DNA of 64,000 nucleotides from Gemmatimonadota bacterium (GTDB lineage Bacteria > JAAXHH01), in the NCBI GenBank assembly GCA_026705925.1, contig JAPOZT010000019.1, forward strand, positions 49,878 to 113,877. The letters run 5' to 3'. The notes beneath the pieces were generated by a model. The model made no database searches. It saw only the letters and a program-made list of their open reading frames with translations, and was not told the origin of the DNA. This document shows, piece by piece, positions 1 to 8,509 of this stretch. The position numbers and the translations under genes were made by a program. How positions within the stretch are numbered: position 1 is the first letter of the stretch; each line of letters begins with the position of its first letter.

Positions 1-668
1 ACGGGCACGGCGAAGGCCACGGCGTAGCCCTTGTCCTCCTCCGAGATGGCCCGGGTGGGCAGCACGACCACTTCGTCCACGAAGGCGGTCCCCGTGGTAT
101 GGGCCTTGGCTCCGCGGACCACGATGCCGTCGGGACGGCGTTCCACGATGCGCACGTAGTAATCGGGATGGGTCTGCTGGGACGGCAGGCGGCTGCGGTC
201 CCCCTTGGCGTCGGTCTGGGCCACGGCCATGCTCAGGTCGCGGTCGCGGCATTCGGCGTGGTAGTTTTTCACGCGGTCCAGGTACCCGGTGCCGTATTTC
301 TCGTCGATCTGCCGCGCGACAAGCCTTAGGGAGAACAGGGCGTCCGTGCCGATTTCCTTGATGAGCAGGACCACGCCGCTACCCTCGCGGGTGCTGGTCT
401 CGATCATCTCCCGGCGCTTCAGCAAGTCCTCCGTGTTGGCCGGCGGGAGGAAGTAGCGGCTGACGCGCTCGGTCGTCTCGGGACATATCGCCGTGAACAG
501 GTCTCGGTGAGCTTCGTCCTCGGCGAGGTGATAGTCCAGCGCTGTGTGCTCGGCGCCCACGCGCAGTTCCGGATGTTCCATGAGGTCGGGCACCCGCTCC
601 CCGCGAAAGTAGATCGTCCTGCCGTCCCGCAATCCTTCCAGGTATTGTTCAGCCGTTCTCAAACCCAT
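1..668 (-). CDS. HpaB/AbfD-family protein (4-hydroxyphenylacetate 3-monooxygenase oxygenase component / 4-hydroxybutyryl-CoA dehydratase family), N-terminal part only; gene runs off window
   Basis: Minus-strand ATG at 668 with GGAG 8 nt upstream. N-terminus MGLRTAEQYLEGLRDGRTIYFRGERVPDLMEHPELRV resembles HpaB-family N-termini. Open to position 1. Confidence 0.55.
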   Translation of the reverse strand, partial: MGLRTAEQYLEGLRDGRTIYFRGERVPDLMEHPELRVGAEHTALDYHLAEDEAHRDLFTAICPETTERVSRYFLPPANTEDLLKRREMIETSTREGSGVVLLIKEIGTDALFSLRLVARQIDEKYGTGYLDRVKNYHAECRDRDLSMAVAQTDAKGDRSRLPSQQTHPDYYVRIVERRPDGIVVRGAKAHTTGTAFVDEVVVLPTRAISEEDKGYAVAFAVP

Positions 669-812
669 TTTCGGTCTCCGGTCAGTTTCATGATTTCACT
701 AATACACCTTTTGCTACGCGAATTGTCAGGTCGCGCGTCATCCGCCGTCAGGTCGCGCTCCAACTGCCGTCGACCGTGCGCGGTCCGGCGGCGTTTCGTC
801 CGCCCCATATCG

Positions 813-1601
813 TCAAGCCGCGCTCCAACCGCCGTCGACCATCAACACGGAACCGGTCGTAAAGGATGCCTGGTCGGAAGCCAGATACAGGATGGCTTGT
901 GCCACTTCTTCAGGCGCACCGAAACGGTCCATGGGGTGCTTTTTCTTAAGCCGCTCGTACATGGCGGCATGGGCCTGTACCGATTCCGTCATGGGGGTAT
1001 CCACCCACCCCGGCGCTACGGCATTGACCCGTATCCCGCGATCTGCGAACTCGACGGCAAGGACACGCGTCAACTGGTCAAGTCCCGCCTTGGAGGCACC
1101 ATAAGCCGCCGACTTCTTCATTCCCGATTGCCCGAGGATCGAGCTGACGTTGACGATACTCCCGGCGCTCCTGGAAACCATCCCCGGCAGGACTGCGCGG
1201 ATGAGCCGGAACGCTCCCGACAGATTGGTCCCGATAATCTGGTCCCAGATTTCGTCTGTGGTTCTTTCGGCGTCCATCAATGGGCCAGTCCCCGCGTTGT
1301 TGACCAGTACGTCGATCTTCCCATAGGTGGCCGTCGTCTGGTCGACCATCCGCTGGCAATCTTCGGTGATGGCCACATCCCCTGAAACGGCCAAAGCTCG
1401 TCCGCCCGTAGCCTCTATGGAGGCAACGACTTCTTCCAGCGGGGCCTTCCTGCGCCCTGTAACACAGACGGCCGCGCCTTCCTCGGCAAAGAGTCTCGCC
1501 GTAGCGGCCCCGATTCCCGTTCCGCCGCCCGTGATGAGCGCGACGCGCCCTTCCAGTTTCAATGCCGGCTCTCCCGGAGAGCGATCTCGGTCAGCTGCCA
1601 T
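813..1601 (-). CDS. short-chain dehydrogenase/reductase (SDR, FabG-like)
   Basis: TGGGTGIG Rossmann motif, NNAG, YGASKAG catalytic motif. 11-nt overlap (ATGGCAGCTGA) with upstream PhyH gene. Confidence 0.8.
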   Translation of the reverse strand: MAADRDRSPGEPALKLEGRVALITGGGTGIGAATARLFAEEGAAVCVTGRRKAPLEEVVASIEATGGRALAVSGDVAITEDCQRMVDQTTATYGKIDVLVNNAGTGPLMDAERTTDEIWDQIIGTNLSGAFRLIRAVLPGMVSRSAGSIVNVSSILGQSGMKKSAAYGASKAGLDQLTRVLAVEFADRGIRVNAVAPGWVDTPMTESVQAHAAMYERLKKKHPMDRFGAPEEVAQAILYLASDQASFTTGSVLMVDGGWSAA

Positions 1602-2433
1602 TGTTCAACGTGCTCTCGGCCAGCGCGCCTTTGGTCTGCGCCCCATCGATCAGCTCGCCGCCGGTCAGCGCACCCTCTCCGAAGATGACGGGGAAGGTCT
1701 CGCCCGTATTGACCGCCCGGGTGGACGCGTCCATGTATGCGATGCTGAATGCCCTTCGCGGGTTGCAGGAGGGATTGCGGGCCGACCGGTGCAGGAGCAG
1801 GTTGTTCAGGAGAATGGCCTCGCCCGCCTCCGCCTCGAGGTAGATACAGTCTTCCTCCCGCGCGTACCGGGCCTGGTCGGCCTCCGACGGGAAGTGCATC
1901 TCGTTGATCACGCCGTGCTTGTGGCTGCCCACCACCACCTCCATGCAGCCGTTTTCGACCGTCGCCGCATCGAGGGCGGTCCAGACTGTCGTCTCCGGGT
2001 TCGCATCCAGCCCCCACCCGATGCCGACGTCCTGGTGCCAGGGGAGATGGGTGCCGTGCTCTGCAGGTTTGTTCATGAACATGGCCCGGAAGATGGAGAC
2101 GTTTGGACCGACGAGGGCCTCCGTGACCTCACGGAAGAACGGGTGCTGCATGTATCCCAGGAAAAGCGGATCCAGTTGCAGGTCGTCGATACGCCGGTAT
2201 GTGAGCGTCTCCTCGCTTTCCTCGAAGGTTCTTGTCGGCAGTTCGCCGTACTCGCCTGTATCCGTGTCGCGCTGCATGGGCATGCCCTCGTAGCGGACGT
2301 TGCCCAGCATGATGTCATCGATGCGGTCGCGCATGGCCTGCAGGTGTTCCTCGGAAGCCACCCGGCCCAGGCGCAGGTAGCCTTCCTCGGCAAACCGGGC
2401 CAGTTCGCTCATGCCGAAATTATGTATGGCCAT
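1591..2433 (-). CDS. phytanoyl-CoA dioxygenase (PhyH) family Fe(II)/2OG oxygenase, copy 1
   Basis: PhyH-family architecture (HxD...H). Start moved to ATG at 2433 (MAIHNFGMSELARF), downstream of ORF-track start. Coupled to SDR. Confidence 0.7.
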   Translation of the reverse strand: MAIHNFGMSELARFAEEGYLRLGRVASEEHLQAMRDRIDDIMLGNVRYEGMPMQRDTDTGEYGELPTRTFEESEETLTYRRIDDLQLDPLFLGYMQHPFFREVTEALVGPNVSIFRAMFMNKPAEHGTHLPWHQDVGIGWGLDANPETTVWTALDAATVENGCMEVVVGSHKHGVINEMHFPSEADQARYAREEDCIYLEAEAGEAILLNNLLLHRSARNPSCNPRRAFSIAYMDASTRAVNTGETFPVIFGEGALTGGELIDGAQTKGALAESTLNNGS

Positions 2434-2601
2434 TGTAACCTCTGTTTTTATCGATATCGAACGAGTCGGATACGCAAACCGTATCACGCACGATAACCTT
2501 ATGTCAAGCGATATTCCGAATGACCTTGACACAAGTTACTGTGCTATTACGCTTTACCCAAAATGGCGACGTTTGGCGGTGTGTAGATCACGCAGCAGAG
2601 G

Positions 2602-2997
2602 ATGGAGGAGACCATGACGGAACAGGACGTTCAGAACTGGCTCGAGGTATATGGCCGTGCCTGGGTCGGTAGCGACCCGGACCTGGCGGTCACATTGTTT
2701 GCCGAAACGGCCACTTATCGTGAAACGCCTTTTGATGAACCAATGAGAGGACGACACGAAATACGGGCGTACTGGCAGAAATACGCGGTGGAAACACACG
2801 AGGACATCGAGTTTGAATCTCAGGTCTGGGCGGTCAGGAACGATACCGCGATTGCCGGCTGGCAAGCCCGCTACACCCTGCAGGCCACCGGAGCACGGGT
2901 CAGCCTCGACGGGACGTTCAGACTCGTGTTTTCAAACGAAACGGGTGCTCTTCAGTGCACTGTCCTCGAAGAGTGGTGGCACAGAAAAGAATCTTGA
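2602..2997 (+). CDS. SnoaL-like / NTF2-fold protein
   Basis: 131-aa ORF with GGAGGAG upstream. WQARYTL...FRLVF pattern typical of SnoaL-like ketosteroid-isomerase fold. Alternative start at 2614. Confidence 0.55.
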   Translation: MEETMTEQDVQNWLEVYGRAWVGSDPDLAVTLFAETATYRETPFDEPMRGRHEIRAYWQKYAVETHEDIEFESQVWAVRNDTAIAGWQARYTLQATGARVSLDGTFRLVFSNETGALQCTVLEEWWHRKES

Positions 2998-3027
2998 GCC
3001 GGTGACTCCGGCCGCCACTGTCAGTCG

Positions 3028-3750
3028 TTACAGCACCCCGGCCACCCGAAAGAAGTTCTCCAGGATCTTCCGCCCGTGCGGGTAGACGTCCACGAAGTAT
3101 TCCGGGTGGAACTGCGTGCCGTACAGGGGCCGTTCCCGGTGCCTGATCGCCTGGATCCGGCAGTTTTCGTTCGACGCGATGAGATCGAAGTCCGGGGGTA
3201 CAGTCTTCATCTCAGCGTAGTGCGACTGCCGGACGACCACCGGATCGGGCAACCCGTCAAAAAGCGGATCGGCCTTCACCGGATTCACCGGGTAGAAGCC
3301 CTCTTCACAGAAGTAACCCAGCGCATCGGGATTGGGATCGAGCACGTCGGGCTCGCCGGACCGAAGCGGACGCATCATCTCGTCTTCGAGTTTGGCCAGG
3401 TTGCGAAAACCGTCATTGAACATGAACCCCATGAGCTGGTGGCTGGCGCACAGTCCCATGGTAGGCACGTCCACCATCGCGTTCAGCGTATCTTCGAAGC
3501 CGTAGAATTCCGCCGGTTTGAAATGCTGGAAGAAGGTCCCTGCGCCGCTGAGCAGCATGGCGCGAGGTTTCAGCGGCTCGACGATTTCCGGCGTCATCTG
3601 CTCCTGGTGCAGCATCAGGCACGGCTGCCCGGAGATTTCCTCCAGCCGCCGCTTCAGCCAGAAATCCCGGCCGTCTTTATTGTAGGATTCCAGCGTCCCG
3701 ATGCGAATCCAGATGATCAAGTAGTCATCCGTCCTGTTTGGAAACCACAT
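3028..3750 (-). CDS. class I glutamine amidotransferase-like protein
   Basis: GATase1 signature ...LYGTQFHPE... near C-terminus, GLCASHQL nucleophile-elbow region. Confidence 0.7.
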   Translation of the reverse strand: MWFPNRTDDYLIIWIRIGTLESYNKDGRDFWLKRRLEEISGQPCLMLHQEQMTPEIVEPLKPRAMLLSGAGTFFQHFKPAEFYGFEDTLNAMVDVPTMGLCASHQLMGFMFNDGFRNLAKLEDEMMRPLRSGEPDVLDPNPDALGYFCEEGFYPVNPVKADPLFDGLPDPVVVRQSHYAEMKTVPPDFDLIASNENCRIQAIRHRERPLYGTQFHPEYFVDVYPHGRKILENFFRVAGVL

Positions 3751-3777
3751 GCGTACAATTCAACGAGAGTCAACCTT

Positions 3778-4110
3778 CTAACCCTTGACATCTTCCTCTT
3801 TTCTTGATTCGAGATACCCGATCAGCCCTTCATTGATTTTACCGTATGTAGATTCTGCCCCCTTCATTACCTCGTGAATCGTTTCGACTGGCTGTCCTTC
3901 CAATATCAATTCTGCGATAACAGTAACCAATGCGTCTGGATCGTCAACCTTGCCCGGGTCCCAATCTCTGAGTCTTTCAGATTCCTCAGCCATATGTTTC
4001 TGAAAGTACTCTATCTGATCAACTTTCATATCACAAGCTCGAATGGAGAGGCCGAGAAGTAGGTTTTCAATGGCAATCAGCTTTCCATACACAAATGAAT
4101 CTACTCTCAT
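3778..4110 (-). CDS. hypothetical acidic soluble protein (islet gene A)
   Basis: Low-GC ORF. Start chosen at the ATG that forms an ATGA overlap with the stop of upstream gene B at 4107-4110. Confidence 0.4.
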   Translation of the reverse strand: MRVDSFVYGKLIAIENLLLGLSIRACDMKVDQIEYFQKHMAEESERLRDWDPGKVDDPDALVTVIAELILEGQPVETIHEVMKGAESTYGKINEGLIGYLESRKEEDVKG

Positions 4111-4337
4111 TCGGACCACCTCCATCCATTTCGTAAGCGAGGTTCCCTTCTATCGAGTAAAATCTCCTGCCTTCCCTTCACCTCGACAACCACTTCCTTT
4201 ATCTCCTTCAAGTCGTCACGAATACCTCGGATTCCATCTGTGATTTTTGTCAGATACTGCCCTCTTAGAGTGAGAAAAACCATGATGACCGCACAAATGG
4301 CAATGACGCTGGACGGTATGATACTCAGGTCAAACAT
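4107..4337 (-). CDS. small N-terminally anchored coiled-coil membrane protein (islet gene B)
   Basis: Start at MFDLSI with GGGAGAGGGA immediately upstream. One TM helix (IIPSSVIAICAVIMVFLTL) followed by charged heptad-like region. Confidence 0.45.
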   Translation of the reverse strand: MFDLSIIPSSVIAICAVIMVFLTLRGQYLTKITDGIRGIRDDLKEIKEVVVEVKGRQEILLDRREPRLRNGWRWSE

Positions 4338-4596
4338 TCCCTCTCCCTGTATGTCGTTTCGGCCGTTGTATCCAGCAAGCTGCCCGGCGTGGGTGACTAC
4401 ATGAATCTCAAATAACAAAGTCACAAGGTCGGCAAATTGTCAACGCCGATTTTGTTGGCATCTCGTCAACACTCGTGTATCCCAGCCTTCTCATCTCCTA
4501 TGCCATCAGATCAGAGTTCCCAGGCCGGTTTGATCCCGATGTTCACCGTTCGATATAACCCCCTTTCTTTTTTGTTAACGCGATCCCGGATTCACG

Positions 4597-4857
4597 TTAC
4601 TGATGCTGGGATATCCGTAATCGTCCCTCTACCCGTCCCAGGCGCGTATTCATGTCGTGTATCTCTTCCCGCATTGAGGATAACTCGGTACGTATAGCAG
4701 CCAACTCGGTACGCATTTCCGAGAAGTCGGAACGGATTTCATCCCTGAATTCCTGGTTCAGCTGATTGACAAACGCAAAAACGGTAATGACAAGAACCCC
4801 TGCGGCCGTTATGATCTGGGCGCCGAAGGCCCATTGGTCCCGAGACATCGTGGTCAT
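4597..4857 (-). CDS. small N-terminally anchored coiled-coil membrane protein (islet gene C, paralogous in architecture to B)
   Basis: ATG preceded by AAGGAG-N6. TM helix (IITAAGVLVITVFAFV) then EFRDEIRSDFSEMRTELAAIRTELSSMREEI coiled-coil-like segment. Confidence 0.5.
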   Translation of the reverse strand: MTTMSRDQWAFGAQIITAAGVLVITVFAFVNQLNQEFRDEIRSDFSEMRTELAAIRTELSSMREEIHDMNTRLGRVEGRLRISQHQ

Positions 4858-4994
4858 GTCTGACTCCTTCCAAAGTTGATCCAAATAAGCCTACCGCCGT
4901 TGATCCCACGCTGATATCTTAAGAGTCGCATTTCAAGTTTCCTATCTCGCAGAAAAAACGCTGTTGAACACTATCTTGCGAAAAGGACCACACA

Positions 4995-5927
4995 ATGATC
5001 GTCATGGCAACGAACAACGGCGACGTGGGCATCCGGCAGGCGGTGGCCGCGCTCAGGGAAGGCAAGACCGCGGTGGACGCCATCGAGATCGGCATCCGGG
5101 AGGTGGAGGTGCACCGTCCCGACCGTAGCGTCGGCCTGCACGGCTATCCCAACATCCTCGGCTATCCCCAGCTGGACGCCCTCATCATGGACGGCCGCAC
5201 CCGCGACGTGGGGGCCGTGGGCGCAGTGACGGGATACGACCACCCGATCTCGATCGCCCGCTGCGTCATGGAGAAGCTGATACACGTCTTTCTCGTCGCC
5301 GACGGGGCGGAGCGGTTCGCCAGCGAAATGGGTTTCGAGAAGAGCACCTATGTGGACCCCGAAATGCCCGAGATCTACGCGAAGCACGTGGTCGAACAAC
5401 TCGGCATCGACGACCCCGAAGAACTCCAGCACACCAAAGAGCTGTGGAAGCTGAGCCACCTGGCCGTCGATCCGCAGAAGGCCGGGGGCACGACCAACTT
5501 CATCGCGCAGGACGGCAACGGCGACCTCTGCGTGGGCGTGAGCACGAGCGGTTGGGGATGGAAGTACCCGGGCCGCCTGGGTGATTCGCCGGTCATCAGC
5601 GCGGGCGGTTTCGCCGACAACCGCTACGGCGCCGCGGCGTGTACGGGCACGGGAGAGCTGGCCATCCGGACCGGCGCGGCCCGGAACGTGGTGACCTACA
5701 TGAAGATGGGCATGTCGCTCGAAGAGGCCACGGCCGAGGGGCTTCGGGACATGAACGAGCTGGATTCCCAGCGCGTGGGCGGCGTGCAGATCATCTCCCT
5801 GGATGCCAGCGGCGCCCACATGGCGGGAACCACGAGCGACCGGAAAGGCAGCCACGTCTACATGACGGCCGACATGGACGAGCCCGAGTTCGTCGAAGGC
5901 ATCTCGGTGCCGTACGAAAGTGCGTAG
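4995..5927 (+). CDS. Ntn-hydrolase asparaginase-2 family (isoaspartyl peptidase / glycosylasparaginase-like)
   Basis: GGTTNF...TSTSGWGWK...GAAACTGTGE motifs of plant-type asparaginase/glycosylasparaginase family. Confidence 0.8.
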   Translation: MIVMATNNGDVGIRQAVAALREGKTAVDAIEIGIREVEVHRPDRSVGLHGYPNILGYPQLDALIMDGRTRDVGAVGAVTGYDHPISIARCVMEKLIHVFLVADGAERFASEMGFEKSTYVDPEMPEIYAKHVVEQLGIDDPEELQHTKELWKLSHLAVDPQKAGGTTNFIAQDGNGDLCVGVSTSGWGWKYPGRLGDSPVISAGGFADNRYGAAACTGTGELAIRTGAARNVVTYMKMGMSLEEATAEGLRDMNELDSQRVGGVQIISLDASGAHMAGTTSDRKGSHVYMTADMDEPEFVEGISVPYESA

Positions 5928-6069
5928 GGGAAACCGACCAGGACGTTCGAGGCCGTTCGAGGCCGTTCGGGGCATTGCGAAGGTATCGCGGGCGACCGAG
6001 CGGAGCACCGCGAGGGAATTGCACGCGGCCGCTCGCGGCATCGCGGATGGACCCGGAGGAGCATCCCGG

Positions 6070-6804
6070 ATGAAGCTGGAGAACGCCAAGGCCCATCTCG
6101 ACGAACACGGTTACGTCGTGCTCAAGGATGCGTTGACCCCGGAGCAGGCCGGTGCCCTGCGAGATCGCTCGGCCGAGTTGGCCGCGCACGAAAAAGCCGG
6201 AAGCGGAGAACACGTATACTTCGACGGGCAGGCGCAACGGGTGTGGAACCTGGTCAACAAGGGCCGCATCTACGAGGAGATGATCCAACTGCCGCAAGTG
6301 CTCGCGCTCCACGAACACCTGCTGGGCGACGACTGTATCTTAAGCAGCTTTACCGTGAATCTCATCGGCCCCGGCGCGCCGGCTGGCGGTCTGCATGTCG
6401 ACTTTCCGCTGGGTCGTTTCCCGCAGCCGCCTCCACCCTTCGCCTTCTGCGCCAACACGATCTTCGTACTCGACGACTTCTCGCCCGAAAACGGGGCCAC
6501 GCGGATCGTGCCGGGCAGTTACAAACGCGGATACGCCCCCGATCCGGAAAAGGAATACGACGACGTCATCCAGCTGGACGCCCGCAAGGGTGATATCGTC
6601 ATTATCCACGGCGCGACCTGGCACAGCAGCGGCGCCAATCGAACCCGGGAGGACCGGATGATCCTGCTGGGGTTCTTCTGCCGCTCGTTCATGAAGCCGC
6701 AGCAGGACCAGTTCAGGCTGGCCAGCCCCGAGGTCGTCGAGCGGGCGACGCCGACCCTGAAGCGCCTGCTGGGATTCGAGTCGCAGTCGGGCATGCGGAC
6801 TTAA
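6070..6804 (+). CDS. phytanoyl-CoA dioxygenase family, copy 2
   Basis: PhyH-family pattern (HVDFP...ATWHSSGAN). Start moved to ATG 6070 (MKLENAKAHLDEHGYVVLKD); the 50-codon upstream extension in the ORF track looks non-coding. Confidence 0.7.
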   Translation: MKLENAKAHLDEHGYVVLKDALTPEQAGALRDRSAELAAHEKAGSGEHVYFDGQAQRVWNLVNKGRIYEEMIQLPQVLALHEHLLGDDCILSSFTVNLIGPGAPAGGLHVDFPLGRFPQPPPPFAFCANTIFVLDDFSPENGATRIVPGSYKRGYAPDPEKEYDDVIQLDARKGDIVIIHGATWHSSGANRTREDRMILLGFFCRSFMKPQQDQFRLASPEVVERATPTLKRLLGFESQSGMRT

Positions 6805-6944
6805 ATCACGGTTCCGGGCCGGCTGTTTGTCCGCTGGACTGAGCCACGTACCCGGACCGACGGCCCAGGTCCACCTGTCCGCGTTTCCCCCGTCGTCCAA
6901 TTCGCAATTCAATCGTCACATTTATCCTAAGAGAAAGAACCATC

Positions 6945-7703
6945 ATGTCCGATGCTACATCGCCGAATATCGTCCCCAAGACCTACACCTGCTACCGTGC
7001 CTGCGGCTCGATCGCGATCGACGGAAAGCTGAGCGATCCGTCCTGGATCCGGGCGCCCCGCACCGACCTCTTCGTCGACATCGAGGGCGACCTCAAGCCC
7101 ATCCCGCGCTTTGGCACGCGCGCCATGATGCTGTGGGACGACGAGTACTTCTACGTCGCCGCGGACATGGAGGAACCGGACGTCTGGGGCACACTGACCA
7201 AGCGGGATTCCGTCATCTGTCTCGACAACGACTTTGAGGTGTTTATCGATCCCGACGGGGACACCAATCACTACATGGAGTTCGAGATCAACCCCTTGAA
7301 CACCGCCTGGGACCTGTACCTGCCCAAGCCCTACAGCAAGGGCGGGAAAGCCGATCACGACTGGGACTTCGAGGGCGTGCGGCACGCCGTCCATATCGAC
7401 GGAACGGTCAACTGCTCCCACGACGTGGACCGCGGCTGGTCCACCGAAATAGCCTTTCCCTGGACCAGCATGGCCGAATACGCCGGCGTCGACTGTCCTC
7501 CCAGGGCCGGAGATTCCTGGCGGGTCAACTTCTCACGGGTCGAGTGGGAATTCGAGCGTTACAAGGACGGCTATCTGAAGAAAGAGGGGGTTCCCTGCGA
7601 CAACTGGGTCTGGTCGCCGCAGGGAGAGATCAACATGCATATCCCCGAGATGTGGGGACACGTCGTGTTTTCGGATACCATCGTAGGAACGGCGGCGATG
7701 TGA
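6945..7703 (+). CDS. carbohydrate-binding family 9-like (CBM9/DOMON-like) protein
   Basis: IDGKLSDPSW...FEVFIDPDGD...WSTEIAFPW pattern typical of CBM9-like domains. Confidence 0.55.
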   Translation: MSDATSPNIVPKTYTCYRACGSIAIDGKLSDPSWIRAPRTDLFVDIEGDLKPIPRFGTRAMMLWDDEYFYVAADMEEPDVWGTLTKRDSVICLDNDFEVFIDPDGDTNHYMEFEINPLNTAWDLYLPKPYSKGGKADHDWDFEGVRHAVHIDGTVNCSHDVDRGWSTEIAFPWTSMAEYAGVDCPPRAGDSWRVNFSRVEWEFERYKDGYLKKEGVPCDNWVWSPQGEINMHIPEMWGHVVFSDTIVGTAAM

Positions 7704-7723
7704 CGGTTTGTTGCCTTGCCCGT

Positions 7724-8050
7724 TCAGGTTAGCTTCATCACGGTCAAGATTGCCCCGAAGCCCGTTACGAAAATCCCAATAGACCATCGAAACAGTGTAT
7801 TCGAGTGGGCGATCATTTCCGTTCTCATCCGCTCCATGTCCGTTCTCATCTGTTCCATGTCTGTTCTCAGTACACCTAGATCGTCACGTGTGGCTACATG
7901 CTCCAGTTTCTCCTCGATTCTGGTCAATCGGATCTTGATGTTGTCCGAACTGTAGTACAGATCGTCCTCGATCCGCCTGATGGACGCCGCGATTTCCCGT
8001 GAACTCATCCCGGTATTGCCGGTTGGACGTTTGCTTTTTGACTGGTTCAT
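7724..8050 (-). CDS. DUF1640-like tail-anchored coiled-coil protein (paralog D)
   Basis: N-terminal conserved NxSKSKRPTGxTGMSSREIxASIRRIEDDLY shared with neighbour. (T/R)xDL / RTxM heptad repeats. C-terminal TM helix (WSIGIFVTGFGAILTVMKL). Contains 21-nt in-frame tandem repeat. Confidence 0.6.
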   Translation of the reverse strand: MNQSKSKRPTGNTGMSSREIAASIRRIEDDLYYSSDNIKIRLTRIEEKLEHVATRDDLGVLRTDMEQMRTDMERMRTEMIAHSNTLFRWSIGIFVTGFGAILTVMKLT

Positions 8051-8086
8051 TTTCGTCTAGCGGTCCTCCCATTGACCTCTGTTTGT

Positions 8087-8509
8087 TCAGGTTAGCTTCA
8101 ATACGGCCAAGATGACCCCCATGCAGGAAACAACAACGCCGATTGTCCATCGAAATTGCGTGTGAACTAGGGCGATCATTTCCGTTCTCAATTCTGCAAG
8201 GTCTTCCTGTGTGGCGAATGCCCCCAGATCGTCCTTTGTGGCAAAGGCCTTCAAATCTTCCTTTGTGGCAAAGGCCTTCAGATCGTCACGTGTGACGAAC
8301 GCTTTCAGATCATCACGGGTGGCGAATGCTTTCAGGTCGTCACGTGTGACGACATGCTCCAGCTTCTCCTCGATCCTGGTCAGGCGTATCATGATGTTGT
8401 CGGACCCGAAATACAGATCATCTTCGATCCGCCTGATGGACGCCTCGATTTCCCGCGAACTCATCCCGGTTCCGCCGGTTGGTCGTTTGCTTTTTGGATT
8501 GTTCATCAC
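8087..8509 (-). CDS. DUF1640-like tail-anchored coiled-coil protein (paralog E) with expanded TRDDLKAFA repeat
   Basis: Same N-terminus and C-terminal TM as 7724-8050. Five to six in-frame 27-nt tandem units encoding TRDDLKAFA variants. Confidence 0.6.
   Translation of the reverse strand: MMNNPKSKRPTGGTGMSSREIEASIRRIEDDLYFGSDNIMIRLTRIEEKLEHVVTRDDLKAFATRDDLKAFVTRDDLKAFATKEDLKAFATKDDLGAFATQEDLAELRTEMIALVHTQFRWTIGVVVSCMGVILAVLKLT
8214..8348 (-). repeat. in-frame 27-nt tandem repeat array (about 5 units) inside DUF1640-like gene E
   Basis: Units ggcaaaggccttcaRatcKtcMYKtgt seen directly. Paralog D has a 21-nt x2.5 repeat at about 7820-7875. Confidence 0.8.

Noticed and set aside
507-2496. Long plus-strand ORFs 507-1385 and 1327-2496 in the ORF track
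   Set aside because: They run antisense to well-supported SDR and PhyH genes and translate to low-complexity Arg/Ala/Pro-rich sequence typical of spurious ORFs in high-GC DNA. The same reasoning applies to 4971-6089(-), 16413-17456(-), 17535-18410(-), 19685-20686(-), 42997-44322(-), 47078-48352(-), 52835-54058 antisense partners, and others.
5920-6069. N-terminal extension of PhyH copy 2 (MRRGNRPGRSRPFEAVRG...)
   Set aside because: The extension overlaps a 10-nt tandem repeat and has no coding character. ATG at 6070 aligns with other PhyH N-termini.
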